NCBI RefSeq assembly: GCF_032444005.1 | Contig: NC_091285.1 | Coordinates: forward strand, 60,512,001-60,576,000 | Source of the DNA: Ranitomeya imitator | Taxonomy: Eukaryota | Reading direction: 5' to 3' | DNA: 64,000 nt | In this document: one piece after another, positions 1-13,444 of the stretch | How positions within the stretch are numbered: position 1 is the first letter of the stretch | How the letters are laid out: each line of letters opens with the position of its first letter | The notes under the pieces: generated by a model | The model's input: the letters and a program-made list of their open reading frames with translations, nothing else | Told to the model about the DNA's origin: nothing | Databases searched by the model: none | Made by a program: the position numbers and the translations under genes

Positions 1-2835
1 GTTCCAGGGGTACACGGGCAGCAGTGGTCTGGTCAGTGTAGGAGTAGTAGAAAGAACGGGCCGCAGACAGGCTTCGAAGGCCTAACATAAAAAAATATTG
101 GGCTGTAGGCACTATAACATTGGTTCCAGGGGTACATGGGCAGCAGTAGACTGGTCAGTGTAGTAGTAGTAGAAAGAACGGGCCGCAGACAGGCTTCGAA
201 GGCCTAACATAAAAAAATATTGGGCTGTAGGCACTTTTAAATAGGTTCCAGGGGTACACGGGCAGCAGTGGTCTGGTCAGTGTAGGAGTAGTAGAAAGAA
301 CGGGCCGCAGACAGGCATCTAAGGCCTAACATAATAACATATGGCTGTAGGCACTTTATAATTGGTTCCAGGGGTACACGGGCAGCAGTGGTCTGGTCAG
401 TGGAGGCCTAGTGGAAGGAGGGACCGCAGACAGGCTTCGAAGGCCTAACATAATAAATTGGGCTGGCTGTAGGCAATTTAAAATTGGTTCCAGGGGTACA
501 CGGGCAGCAGTGGTCTGGTCAGTGGAGGCCTAGTGGAAGGAGGGACCGCAGACAGGCTTCGAAGGCCTAACATAAAAAAAAATGGGCTGTAGGCACTTTT
601 AAATAGGTTCCAGGGGTACATGGGCAGCAGTGGTCTGGTCAGTGTAGGAGTAGTAGAAAGAACGGGCCGCAGACAGGCTTCTAAGGCCTAACATAATAAC
701 ATATGGCTGTAGGCACTTTATAATTGGTTCCAGGGGTACACGGGCAGCAGTGGTCTGGTCAGTGGAGGCCTAGTGGAAGGAGGGACCGCAGACAGGCTTC
801 GAAGGCCTAACATAATAAATTGGGCTGGCTGTAGGCAATTTAAAATTGGTTCCAGGGGTACACGGGCAGCAGTGGTCTGGTCAGTGGAGGCCTAGTGGAA
901 GGAGGGACCGCAGACAGGCTTCGAAGGCCTAACATAATAAAATTGGACAGGCTGTAGGCACTTTATAATTGGTTCCAGGGGTACACGGGCAGCAGTAGAC
1001 AGGTCAGTGGAGGCCTAGTGGAAGGAGGGACCGCAGACAGGCTTCGAAGGCTTAACATAATAAATTGGGCTGGCTGTAGGCAATTTAAAATTGGTTCCAG
1101 GGGTACACGGGCAGCAGTGGTATGGTCAGTGGAGGCCTAGTGGAAGGAGGGACCGCAGACAGGCTTCGAATGCCTAACATAATAAAATTGGACTGGCTGT
1201 AAGCACTTTATAATTGGTTCCAGGAGTACACGGGCAGCAGTAGACATATCAGTGGAGGCCTAGTGGAAGGAGGGACCGCAGACAGGCTTCGAAGGCCTAA
1301 CATAATAAAATTGGGCTGGCTGTAGGCAATTTAAAATTGGTTCCAGGGGTACACGGGCAGCAGTCGTCTGGTCAGTGGAGGCCTAGTGGAAGGAGGGACC
1401 GCAGACAGGCTTCGAAGGCCTAACATAAAAAAAAATTGGGCTGTAGGCACTTTTAAATAGGTTCCAGGGGTACACGGGCAGCAGTGGTCTGGTCAGTGTA
1501 GGAGTAGTAGAAAGAACGGGCCGCAGACAGGCTTCTAATGCCTAACATAATAACATATGGCTGTAGGCACTTTATAATTGGTTCCAGGGGTACACGGGCT
1601 GCAGTGGTCTGGTCAGTGGAGGCCTAGTGGAAGGAGGGACCGCAGACAGGCTTCGAAGGCCTAACATAATAAATTGGGCTGGCTATAGGCAATTTAAAAT
1701 TGGTTCCAGGGGTACACGGGCAGCAGTGGTCTGGTCAGTGGAGGCCTAGTGGAAGGAGGGACCGCAGACAGGCTTCGAAGGCCTAACATAATAAATTGGG
1801 CCGGCTGTAGGCAATTTAAAATTGGTTCCAGGGGTACACGTGCAGCAGTGGTATGGTCAGTGGAGGCCTAGTGGAAGGAGGGACCGCAGACAGGCTTGGA
1901 AGGCCTAACATAATAAAATTGGACTGGCTGTAGGCACTTTATAATTGGTTCCAGGGGTACACGGGCAGCAGTAGACAGGTCAGTGGAGGCCTAGTGGAAG
2001 GAGGGACCGCAGACAGGCTTCGAAGGCCTAACATAATAAAATTGGGCTGGCTGTAGGCAATTCAAAATTGGTTCCAGGGGTACACGGGCTGCAGTGGTCT
2101 GGTCAGTGGAGGCCTAGTGGAAGGAGGGACCGCAGACAGGCTTCGAAGGCCTAACATAAAAAAAAAATTGGGCTGTAGGCACTTTTAAATAGGTTCCAGG
2201 GGTACACGGGCAGCAGTGGTCTGGTCAGTGTAGGAGTAGTAGAAAGAACGAGCCGCAGACAGGCTTCTAAGGCCTAACATAATAACATATGGCTGTAGGC
2301 ACTTTATAATTGGTTCCAGGGGTACACGGGCAGCAGTGGTCTGGTCAGTGGAGGCCTAGTGGAAGCAGGGACCGCAGACAGGCTTCGAAGGCCTAACATA
2401 ATAAATTGGGCTGGCTGTAGGCAATTTAAAATTGGTTTCAGGGGTACACGGGCAGCAGTGGTCTGGTCAGTGGAGGCCTAGTGGAAGGAGGGACCGCAGA
2501 CAGGCTTCGAAGGCCTAACAATAATTTGGGCTGGCTGTAGGCAATTTAAAATTGGTTCCAGGGGTACACGGGCAGCAGTGGTCTGGTCAGTGGAGGCCTA
2601 GTGGAAGGAGGGACCGCAGACAGGCTTCGAAGGCCTAACATAATAAAATTGGCCTGGCTGTAGGCACTTTATAATTGGTTCCAGGGGTACACGGGCAGCA
2701 GTAGACAGGTCAGTGGATGCCTAGTGGAAGGAGCGACCACAGACAGGCTTCGAAGGCCTAACATAATAAAATTGGGCTGGCTGTAGGCAATTTAAAATTG
2801 GTTCCAAGGGGTACACGGGCAGCAGTGGTCTGGTC
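1..2835. repeat. Tandem array of 120-123 bp monomers (about 23 copies), 3-prime subterminal satellite of the hAT
   Basis: GGTTCCAGGGGTACACGGGCAGCAG recurs at 122, 244, 364, 486, 606, 726, 848, 971, 1093, 1216 and onward. Homologous to the array at 53171-54470. Confidence 0.97.
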
Positions 2836-3516
2836 AGCGGAGGCCGATTGTAATGAGTGTCTGCCAGTTAGTAGTCCAAAACAATAAATAAATGTGAATG
2901 TCTCGCATTAAAACAAAATGAAAACACTAAAGGGTGCAATCATTAGGTACAGGCGTGGGATCCTCTGCGTAGTTTCAGACCTACTAATTTGGCGCAAAGT
3001 ATTTACTTTGGTAAATAGAGGACACTGCCCCTGACTATGTTAAGTACCATCATACATGTCAACACAATGGTATTGTCAGTGGCAGGAATGGAAGGATGTC
3101 AGCGCATAGACTAAACATTGGTGGAAGTGTGAGAGATAACTGTGGAAGTGATAGAGCAATGTTTGACCTGGGGGTGGGTGAACTCTCTTGTGGACGGCGG
3201 TACAGGCCCAGGGCCCCTCATGTTACAAGAGTGTGTCTGACGTTGGGTGCGCACCACGACCGCCATAGACACTTTATTGTACTATGAGGGACCCAGTGGC
3301 AGTGCTGTCGACCAAAAGCGGGCACACCCACCTCTTCAGACAAACAGCACTCTCACGGGTGCTTGCGCCAAGTCGCGATACCACGGCCCCGTGTGGGGAG
3401 TTTGGCCATTTAGGGAGGTGTAAACATGTCGTATGCTGGACAATCAGCTGCAGCAAATTAAGACATTAGAAAAGTAATTCACAGTAGTCCACAGGCAAGA
3501 GCTTTTCATAGGAAAG

Positions 3517-6500
3517 CTAGGTGTCGGCCGGGCAAGGTGGGGCAAAAGAATTCGAAATCCAGTTGTGGTTCATTTTAATGAATGTTAGATCATCAACATT
3601 TTGGGTAGCCAGACGAGTCCTTTTTTCGGTTAATATTGAACCTGCAGCACTGAATACTCTTTCTGATAGGACACTAGCTGCCGGGCAAGCAAGCTCCTGC
3701 AATGCATATTCTGCCAATTCTGGCCAGGTGTCTAATTTGGATGCCCAGTAATCAAATGGGAATGACGGTTGAGGGAGAACATCGATAAGGGATGAAAAAT
3801 AGTTTGTAACCATACTGGACAAATGTTGTCTCCTGTCACTTTCAATTGATGCAGCAGTACCTGTCCTGTCTGCGGTCATAGCAAAATCACTCCACAACCT
3901 GGTCAGAAAACCCCTCTGTCCAACGCCACTTCTGATGTGTGCACCCCTAATACTCCTGGTCTGCTGCCCCTGGAGCTCGTGTGAGAACGATCACGGGCGC
4001 TGTGTGCTGGGAATGCCTGAAGCAAACGGTCAACAAGAGTTGATTGTTTGGTTGCTAATATTAGTTCCAAGTTCTCATGTGGCATAATATTTTGCAATTT
4101 GCCTTTATAGCGAGGATCAAGGAGGCAGGCCAACCAGTAATCGTCATCGTTCATAATTTTAGTAATGCGTGTGTCCCTTTTGAGGATACGTAAGGCATAA
4201 TCCGCCATGTGGGCCAAAGTTCCAGTTGTCAAATCTGCGGTTGTGATTGGTTGAGGGGCAGTTTCAGGCAAATCTACGTCACTTGTGTCCCTCAAAAAAC
4301 CAGAACCCGACCTTGCCGCGCAACCAATTTCCAGTGCCCCCGGGAAAGCTTCCTCATTAAAAATATACTCATCCCCATCATCCTCCTCGTCCTCCACCTC
4401 CTCTTCGCCCGCTAACTCATCCTGTACACTGCCCTGACCAGACAATGGCTGACTGTCATCAAGGCTTTCCTCTTCCTCTGGTGCAGACGCCTGATCCTTT
4501 ATGTGCGTCAAACTTTGCATCAGCAGACACATTAGGGGGATGCTCATGCTTATTATGGCGTTGTCTGCACTAACCAGCCGTGTGCATTCCTCAAAAGACT
4601 GAAGGACTTGACACATGTCTTGTATCTTCGACCACTGCACACCTGACAACTCCATGTCTGCCATCCTACTGCCTGCCCGTGTATGTGTATCCTCCCACAA
4701 ATTCATAACAGCCCGCCTCTGTTCGCACAGTATCTGAAGCATGTGCAGTGTTGAGTTCCACCTTGTTGCAACGTCTATGATTAGGCGATGCTGGGGAAGG
4801 TTCAAAGACCGCTGATAGGTCTGCATACGGCTGGAGTGTACAGGCGAACGGCGGATATGTGAGCAAAGTCCACGCACTTTGAGGAGCAGGTCGGAGAACC
4901 CAGGATAAGTTTTCAATAAGCACTGCACCACCAGGTTTAAGGTGTGAGCCAGGCAAGGAATGTGTTTCAGTTGGGAAAGGGAGATGGCAGCCATGAAATT
5001 CCTTCCGTTATCACTCACTACCTTGCCTGCCTCAAGATCTACTGTGCCCAGCCACGACTGCGTTTCTTGCTACAAGAACTCGGACAGAACTTCCGTGGTG
5101 TGTCTGTTGTCGCCCAAACACTTCATAGCCAATACAGCCTGCTGACGCTTGCCAGTAGCTGGCCCATAATGGGACAACTGGTGTGCAACAGTGACAGCTG
5201 CCGATGGAGTGGTTGGGCGACTGCGGTCTGTGGAAGAGCTCTCGCTTCTGCAGGAGGACGAGGAGGAGGAGGAGGGGGTGCGAATGCCTACAGCCAACTG
5301 TTTCCTAGACCGTGGGCTAGGCACAACTGTCCCAAAATTGATGTCCCCTGTGGACCCTGCATCCACCACATTCACCCAGTGTGCCGTGATGGACACGTAA
5401 CGTCCCTGGCCATGCCTACTGGTCCATGTATCTGTAGTCAGGTGCACCTTTGTACTCACAGATTGCCTGAGTGCATGGACGATGCGCTGTTTAACATGCT
5501 GGTGCAGGGCTGGGATGGCTTTTCTGGAAAAAAAGTGTCGACTGGGTAGCTCGTAGCGTGGTTCAGCGTACTCCATCAGGGCTTTGAAAGCTTCGCTTTC
5601 AACTAACCGGTAGGGCATCATCTCTAACGAGATTAGTCTAGCTATGTGGGCGTTAAAACCCTGTGTACGCGGATGCGAGGATAAGTACTTCCTTTTTCTA
5701 ACCAGAGTCTCATGTAGGGTGAGCTGGACTGGAGAGCTGGAGATCGTGGAACTAGCGGGCGCGCCTGTGGACATGGCAGACTGAGAGACGGTTGGAGACG
5801 GTATTGTTTCCGCCGGTGCCCTAGATGCAGTATTTCCTCCTACAAAACTGGTGATTCCCTGACCCTGACTGCTTTGGGCTGGCAAAGAAACCTGCACAGA
5901 TACTGCCGGTGGTGCGGAAAATGGTGGCCTTACAGTGACGGAAGGGATATTGCGTTGCTGACTAGCTTCATTGGCCGAGGGTGCTACAACCTTAAGGGAC
6001 GTTTGGTAGTTAGTCCAGGCTTGCAAATGCATGGTGGTTAAATGTCTATGCATGCAACTTGTATTGAGACTTTTCAGATTCTGACCTCTGCTTAAGCTAG
6101 TTGAACATTTTTGACAGATGACTTTGCGCTGATCAATTGGATGTTGTTTAAAAAAATGCCAGACTGCACTCTTCCTAGCATCGGATCCCTTTTCAGGAAT
6201 TGCAGACTGAGCTTTAACCGGATGGCCACGCTGTCCTCCAACAGGTTTTGGCTTTGCCACGCGTTTTGGGCCAGATACGGGCCCGGCAGATGGAACCTGT
6301 TGCGATGTTGATGCCTGCTGCGGCCCCTCCTCCACCTCCGCTTCAGAACTACTGCCGCCTGCACCCTGTTTCCCCAATGGCTGCCAATCGGGGTCAACAA
6401 CTGGGTCATCTATAACCTCCTCTTCTAGCTTGTGTGCAACTTCATCTGTGTCACCGTGTTGGTCGGTGGTATAGCGTTCGTGACGGGGCAACATAGTCTC

Positions 6501-7088
6501 ATCAGGGTCTGATTGTGGATCAGTACCCTGAGAGGGCAATGTTGTGGTCTGAGTCATAGGACCAGCATAGTAGTCTGGCTGTGGCTGTGCATCAGTGCAC
6601 TCCATGTCAGAATCTACTTGTAATGGGCATGGCCTGTTAACTGTTTCACTTTCTAAGCCAGGGATGGTATGTGTAAAGAGCTCCATGGAGTAACCCGTTG
6701 TGTCGCCTGCTGCATCCTTCTCTCTTGTTGTTGTTTTTGCTGAAGAGGACAAGGAAGCGACTTGTCCCTGACCGTGAACATCCACAAACGACGCGCTGCT
6801 TTTACATTTACCAGTTTCAGAAGAGGAGGCAAAAGAGCTAGAGGCTGAGTCAGCAAGGTAAGCCAAAACTTGCTGTTGCTGCTCCGGCTTTAAAAGCGGT
6901 TTTCCTACTCCCAGAAAAGAGAGCGTTCGAGGCCTTGTGTAGCCAGACGATGAACCTGGCTCCACAGCTCCAGACTTAGGTGCAATATTTTTTTTCCCAC
7001 GACCACCTGATGCTCCACTACCACTACCATCATTACCAGCTGACAATGAACGCCCACGGCCACGACCTCTTGCACCAGACTTCCTCAT
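3517..7088 (-). pseudogene. hAT (Ac-like, ZBED1/ZBED4-related) transposase, near intact, about 1190 aa if repaired
   Basis: BED finger (AVWHFF...CQKC...HRHLTTMH), first Asp motif LTTDTWTS, VVSDNGRN, CLAHTLNL (CxxH), ATRWNST, and the hATC region CPAASVLSERVFS. Disabled by an in-frame TAG at 5070-5072 (EFL*QETQSW) and a 1-bp deletion near 3965 (CCCC versus CCCCC in copy 2). Confidence 0.95.
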
Positions 7089-7289
7089 TGTTTTAAAAAC
7101 TTAACCAAAGTAACTTTATTTGTTGCTGTCAAACAACTTACACGGTGAGCTATAACTTCAGTATGATTTCGATATCTCTTTACAGGTTGGTGAGACCGCA
7201 AGGAAAATCAGGCACAATGTTACACACTCTGTTTTCTGTGGCACCAAATCACAGAGATGCCACACACGCAGGACTGTCACTCAAGCACA

Positions 7290-9340
7290 AATGTCAATAT
7301 TAATCTCCCATTTTTTTTTTTTTTTCAGGGAGAATTTAGAAACAAAATAAAATAAAAGGATTTTTTCAGGAAGAATTTAGAAACCAAATAAAATAAAATT
7401 ATTTTTTCAGGGAGAATTTAGAAACCAAATTAAAAAAAAAATAGGCTTTCTATGGCCCACTGAGTGAGAGATGGCACACACAGGAGCCAGGAGTGGCACA
7501 CAAGCCCAGAGGCCAATATTTATCTCCCACTGATTGATTTATTGATTTTTTCAGGTAGAATTTAGAAACCAAATCAACCAAAAAAATAAATAGGCTTTCT
7601 ATGGCCCACTGAGTGAGAGATGGCACACACAGGAGTCAGGAGTGGCACATAAGCCCAGAGGCCAATATTTATCTCCCACTGATTGATTTAGTGATTTTTT
7701 CAGGTAGAATTTAGAACCCAAATCAACCAAAAAAATAAATAGGCTTTCTATGGCCCACTGAATGAGAGATGGCACACACAGGAGTCAGGAGTGGCACACA
7801 AGCCCAGAGGCCAATATTTATCTCCCACTGATTGATTTATTGATTTTTTCAGGTAGAATTTAGAAACCAAATCAACCAAACAAATAAATAGGCTTTCTAT
7901 GGCCCACTATTTGAGAGAGAGAGATGGCACACCCAGGAGTCAAGACTGGCACACAAGCAGAAAGGGCAATATTAATCTCCCACTGATTTTTTTTTTTTCA
8001 GGGAGACTTTAGAAACAAAATAAATTAAATTAATTTTTTGAGGAAGAATTTAGAAACCAAATAAAATAAAATGATTTTTTCAGGGAGAATTTAGAAACCA
8101 AATTTAAAAAAAAATAGGCTTTCTATGGCCCACTGAGTGAGGGATGGCACACACAGGAGTCAGGAGTGGCACACAAGCCCAGAGGCCAATATTTATCTCC
8201 CACTGATTGATTTATTGAATTTTCAAGTAGAATTTAGAACCCAAATCAACCAAAAAAATAAATAGGCTTTCTATGGCCCACTATTTGAGAGAGAGAGATG
8301 GCACACCCAGGAGTCAAGACTGGCACACAAGCAGAAAGGGCAATATTAATCTCCCACTGATTTTTTTTTTTCAGGGAGACTTTAGAAACAAAATAAAATA
8401 AAATGATTTTTTCAGGAAGAATTTAGAAACCAAATAAAATAAAATGATTTTTTCAGGGAGAATTTAGAAACCAAATAAAAAAAAATAGGCTTTCTATGGC
8501 TTACTGAGTGAGAGATGGCACACACAGGAGTTAGAAGTGGCACACAAGCCCAGAGGCCAATATTTATCTCCCACTGATTGATTTATTGATTTTTTTCAGG
8601 TAGAATTTAGAACCCAAATCAACCAAAAAAATAAATAGGCTTTCTATGGCCCAATATTTGAGAGAGAGAGATGGCACACCCAGGAGTCAAGACTGGCACA
8701 CAAGTAGAAAGGGCAATATTAATCTCCCACAGATTTTTTTTTTTCAGGGAGACTTTAGAAACAAAATAAAATAAAATGATTTTTTTCAGGAAGAATTTAG
8801 AAACCAAATAAAATAAAATTATTTTTTCAGGGAGAATTTAGAAACCAAATAAAAAAAAAATAGGCTTTCTATGGCCCACTGAGTGAGAGATGGCACACAC
8901 AGGAGTCAGGAGTGGCACACAAGCCCAGAGGCCAATATTTATCTCCCACTGATTGATTTAGTGATTTTTTCAGGTAGAATTTAGAACCCAAATCAACCAA
9001 AAAAATAAATAGGCTTTCTATGGCCCACTGAGTGAGAGATGGCACACACAGGAGTCAGGAGTGGCACACAAGTCCAGAGGCCAATATTTATCTCCCACTG
9101 ATTGATTTATTGATTTTTTCAGGTAGAATTTAGAACCCAAATCAACCAAAAAAATAAATAGGCTTAATATGGCCCACTGAGTGAGAGATGGCACACACAG
9201 GAGTCAGGAGTGGCACACAAGCCCAGAGGCCAATATTTATCTCCCACTGATTGATTTAGTGATTTTTTCAGGTAGAATTTAGAACCCAAATCAACAAAAA
9301 AAAATAAATAGGCTTTCTATGGCCCACTGAGTGAGAGATG
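7290..9340. repeat. 5-prime subterminal satellite of the hAT, 149-bp monomer alternating with about 225-bp variants
   Basis: GGCTTTCTATGGCCCACT recurs at 7444, 7593, 7742, 7891 and 8117 (spacings 149, 149, 149, 226). Related to the array at 58760-60624. Confidence 0.93.
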
Positions 9341-9816
9341 GCACACACAGGGATGGCACTCTAGCAGAAATGCCAATCTTAATCTCCCACAAAAAAAAAA
9401 AAAAACAGGGACTGTCCTACAATTACTATCTCCCTGCAGTAATCTCAGCCAGGTATGGCAGGCAGCAATAAGGAGTGGACTGATGCACAAATTAAATAAA
9501 AAGTGTGGACAAACAAAAAAGATAGCTGTGCAGAAAGGAAGGAACAAGAGGATTTGTGCTTTGAAAAAAGCAGTTGGTTTGCACAGCGGCGTACACACAG
9601 CAATGCAGCTATCAGGGAGCCTTCTAGGGCAGCCAAATGAGCTACAGCGCTGAGAAAAAAAATGTAGCTCCACTATCCCTGCACACCGAAGGTGGTGTTG
9701 GACAGTGGAAATCGCTACAGCACAAGGGGTTTGGGGGTTAATGGACCCTGCTTAACGCTATCCCTGCTTCTGACGAAGCGGCAGCAACCTCTCCCTAAGC
9801 TCAGATCAGCAGCAGT

Positions 9817-9961
9817 AAGATGGCGGTCAGCGGGAACGCCTCTTTATAGCCCCTGTGACGCCGCAGACAGCAAGCCAATCACTGCAATGCCCTTCTCTAA
9901 GATGGTGGGGACCAGGACCTATGTCATCACGCTGCCCACACTCTGCGTTCACCTTCATTGG
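9817..9961 (-). promoter_or_regulatory. Putative Pol II promoter of the hAT element
   Basis: On the minus strand: CCAAT (9957-9961), a second CCAAT in opposite orientation (9875-9879), TATAAA (9843-9848), and a YY1-type CCGCCATCTT (9817-9826) at the expected start-site distance, in a CpG-rich subterminal region. Motif-based inference only. Confidence 0.45.
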
Positions 9962-10134
9962 CTGAGAAATGACGCTTTTCGCGTCATTGAAACGCGACTT
10001 TGGCGCGAAAGTCGCGTACCGCATGGCCGACCCCGCACAGGGGTCGGGTCGGGTTTCATGAAACCCGACTTTGCCAAAAGTCGGCGACTTTTGAAAATGA
10101 ACGACCCGTTTCGCTCAACCCTACTTATAAACAT

Positions 10135-11420
10135 ATACGGTGTTAAGATATATCCACTGGTCTCCAATCTTTTCAGGCCTCAGTTTATCTCTTGACTGAG
10201 CTTCAGTTCAAGGAAGGCACTTTGTTGTACCCACCCCAATCTCCTCTTTTGGGGCTCTTTCTCTCTAAATATGCACCACTAGTGGACCAAACAGCTTCCC
10301 CTTCTAGCTCTACAACCATCTGGCAACCATCTGGCAAAATCTTGCCACCTACTACATTTGTCAGTTCCAGTCTTCCATCCACATCTTTTCATTAGTACTA
10401 CAGCATATGCCCAACCACACACTAAATAAATAAGTACGCCCCAAATGGAGAGCATGATGCAATGTTACACTTTGTAGTACGCATTCAGGTACATGCCACA
10501 TTGCCACCAGATAGGAGTAGAAAGATGGCAATGGCATGGTATGATGCAAGAAGTCGATCTGGTTTTCGAGCATTGATGCTTTAAGTTCTTGGGTTTTGCA
10601 TGCTTCAGATATGGCTGGTTCCTAAAGTTTGTGGTTGTCCTGATGGAGTCGAAGTAACTGTGAAACACGTTGAGAATAAGCCAAACTATTCATTCTTCAT
10701 CGTAGGATGCCATTTATCCAGCAGCGCAGGATAATTCCGCCGCCTATGGCAATTAAAGTATATAGCTTTATGTTTCCCTACTGGAAATATTTTACATGAC
10801 ATAGTTTGGTATTATTCACTGTCAGCATGCCAGTAATAAACTGCAGCTGTTATAGTCAAGGATTAAATATAAGTTCTTTAACCTCATTCCTACTTGTCAG
10901 AAATAATCATCTACTGGTCAATGGCTTGAACTATGGCGCACTCTTCCATGTGACATCTGCATTGTCTATGTGCAGGAATCTATTCTGAAACAGTCACAAC
11001 TTCTCTCAGCCATATCCATATGTGACAGTGATTGATAATGGGAAGAGCATACTGGGCATACGACAATATTCTGCAGGCAGCGCTAATCACAAGCGCTTTG
11101 TAATACTAATCTGCAGGATATTTCACAAATCAGTTCCTGAGTAACATGGTGCGCATAATGGTCCAAGAAGGATAGATATGACTTTCTGTCACCAAAACTA
11201 ATTCATTTGGACAGAGAATGCCGAGTAAAGAGAAATGGATAAACGCTTTCCTGACATTCGCGCTGCTAACTCTTCAATGCCATGCCAGGTCTCATTCCCG
11301 TTATCTAATTATCACAGTGATTTCTAGGTTTCACATCACAGTCGAGGTGTTAACAAGATGAAACTTGTGTCAGCTTCTGCAGTTTTACCAACATTTGTAC
11401 TTGTAATCCACTGTCAAAAC
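10135..11420 (-). mobile_element. Heavily degraded L1-clade LINE, ORF2 C-terminal part
   Basis: Frame-broken motifs in the expected L1 order: ISLY, KY..ISIT, SHGRV, YYWHA, IWWQC, and a C-terminal KIGDQWIY resembling KIW.PW..Y. Confidence 0.5.
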
Positions 11421-11658
11421 TCACGAGGTGTTAGAAAAAGAACACTTAGTTCATTCATTTGTAAGTAAAGGAATACTTTAGTGAATTTAAAGGGAATGTT
11501 TCACCAGAACATGAACTATTGAGTACACCAAGTTTATTTGTTACACATTTATTTAAAAAAAATGGGTGACTTTTTTTTTTTCACATCACTATCTGTATAT
11601 ACTTTGTCCACTAAACCTAAATTTAATTTGATGTTATCTGTGCTGTAACCTCTAAGCA

Positions 11659-12030
11659 GACATCTCATTATTATTATTACAGTTAAATGATAACTAACAC
11701 CTGCATACAACACAGTATTCACCATTTACCATATGTGATAGTCACAATCCGTTTTCCTGCTTACTCTCTGCACAGTGATCTCTGCACAGATCACAGAGCA
11801 TGCCTAGAAAACTCCCTCCAATCACCATTTTACTTTTGGCCTGAGCCGACATCTCATTATTATTATTACAGTTAAATGATAACTAACACCTGCATACAAC
11901 ACAGTATTCACCATTTACCATAGGTGATAGCCGCAATCTTTTTTCCTACTTACTCTCTGCACAGTGACCTCTGCACAGATCACAGAGCATGCTCAGAAAG
12001 CTCCCTCCTATCACCATTTTACCTTTGGCC
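11659..12030. repeat. 189-bp tandem duplication (2 copies)
   Basis: GACATCTCATTATTATTATTACAG starts at 11659 and 11848, and the following sequence is nearly identical. Confidence 0.9.
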
Positions 12031-12532
12031 TGAAACTCTTATTAATTATTTTATTTTATGTGACAATATAATAAAAAATCATGTTTCATGCTGTTCTATT
12101 TAGAAATTATTTATTCATTGGATAATATATTATTTATCCCCCAAAATATAGTGATACTCTTATTCTCTTCCAATAAGTGCACATTGTATTGCATGACATC
12201 AGTACACTGCCAAAAAAAACAAAAAACTATTCCATAGCTTTAAACATATGTTCAAACCTTATACTTGTGATGCCTATACATGATTGACATTATTACTGAT
12301 AGTATTTTCAATTTCAGCCACTAAATAGATTTAAACTACTAATAGGTTTGAGTCACTGAAACAATGAATGAATTACATTGCCCCAAATCTCATTAAAAGA
12401 CATGGGATTGAAATAACATATGTAAAGTTCTTTTCACCTGGTCTGTAATGGTTTTTACTGAAAAGTATCATGGAGGAATTATTACACATTCATTTGCGCA
12501 TTTCTAGTCGAAGTAAGGAGGTAATTTTGTAA

Positions 12533-13444
12533 GGGGAATTTGTCAATGGGAACAATCCGACCTATATTGGAATGGAGGACATAGAAAGTTGAATAAAATG
12601 AGACTTTTTTCTGATTGATGTTTAATTCAGACAAATCTACATTTTTATTAATATGTAAATGAGCTGTTCCAGGCTATGGGCCGGACACTGATCTCCCTGA
12701 GAATCTGCCTCCAGATTCCAAATTGAATGAGGTTTTACCAATGTGAGACATGTAATGACTGACAGTCTACTCACCTAATCTACTTATAATCTGGAGAATT
12801 TGGAAAGACTATAAGGGTCTTACCTGAGTGGGAACAGGGAGACAAAAAAAGCAGTTTTGCTCACCCGAAGATTTTGTGACACAACAACACATGTATAAGC
12901 TTGGAATAAAGACTGCTGCAGATCCACAATGTGGAGGAACTTGTGAGACTGAAGATGAATGGGTTAAAATTTGCGCTGTCAGAAGTCCGGTGATGATACC
13001 AGAACTGTAGAAATGCAGTTTATTGGTCGATGGTTTTGAAGTGACACCATAATTGTGGTTTGTCCTGATAAATAAGTGTGTCATTTCGAAATGTGTTGAC
13101 CAATAAGCCGCATTTCTACAGTTCTTGTCTCCTGCTCATCACTGAACTATTGGCTGCACAGATTTTAACCCATTGGTCTCCAGTCTCACAAGATCCCGAT
13201 CTACTTTACTCACATTGGTAGCGCCCCATTTCATTTAAAATAATCTCTGGAGGCAGATTCATCTATAGATCAGTGTTCAGCCCAGAGATCTTAACAGCTC
13301 ATTTACATAATTTTTTTAGAAATTCATGTTTTTCTTAATAACACATCAGATCGCCGATATCAAGGTATCATTTTATTCAAGTTTCTGTGACCCAGATGCA
13401 CACATAAATGGCTTCGGAGGATCGACCCTACTGACAGATTCCCT
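12533..13444. mobile_element. Kolobok/T2-type MITE with about 250-bp imperfect inverted arms
   Basis: Ends GGGGAATTTGTCA and TGACAGATTCCCT in degenerate TTAA contexts. The arms share GAATAAAATG...ATGTAAATGAGCTGTT...ACACTGATCT...GAATCTGCCTCCAGA. Confidence 0.65.

Larger units (their letters stand above)
1..10123 (-). mobile_element. Large Ac-family hAT DNA transposon, copy 1 (3-prime end lies outside the window)
   Basis: Ends in ...TTTCGCTCAACCCTA at 10123, the reverse complement of the TAGGGTTGAGCG TIR seen at 14899, 18238 and 44628. Carries a transposase at 3517-7088 and satellite arrays homologous to those of the copy at 44628-60624. The TSD cannot be paired (right flank CTTATAAA). Confidence 0.9.

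Noticed and set aside
1-2835. CRISPR-like array
   Set aside because: Whole monomers repeat without unique spacers, there are no cas genes, and the context is eukaryotic.
4944-5549. 201-aa plus-strand ORF and its homologues at 56618-56935
   Set aside because: Antisense shadow of the transposase. Recurrence reflects DNA similarity between copies only.
12824-13010. Possible minus-strand host exon with AG/GT sites
   Set aside because: Lies inside a Kolobok-type MITE, the acceptor is part of an internal inverted repeat (about 13002-13127), and the protein is not recognisable.
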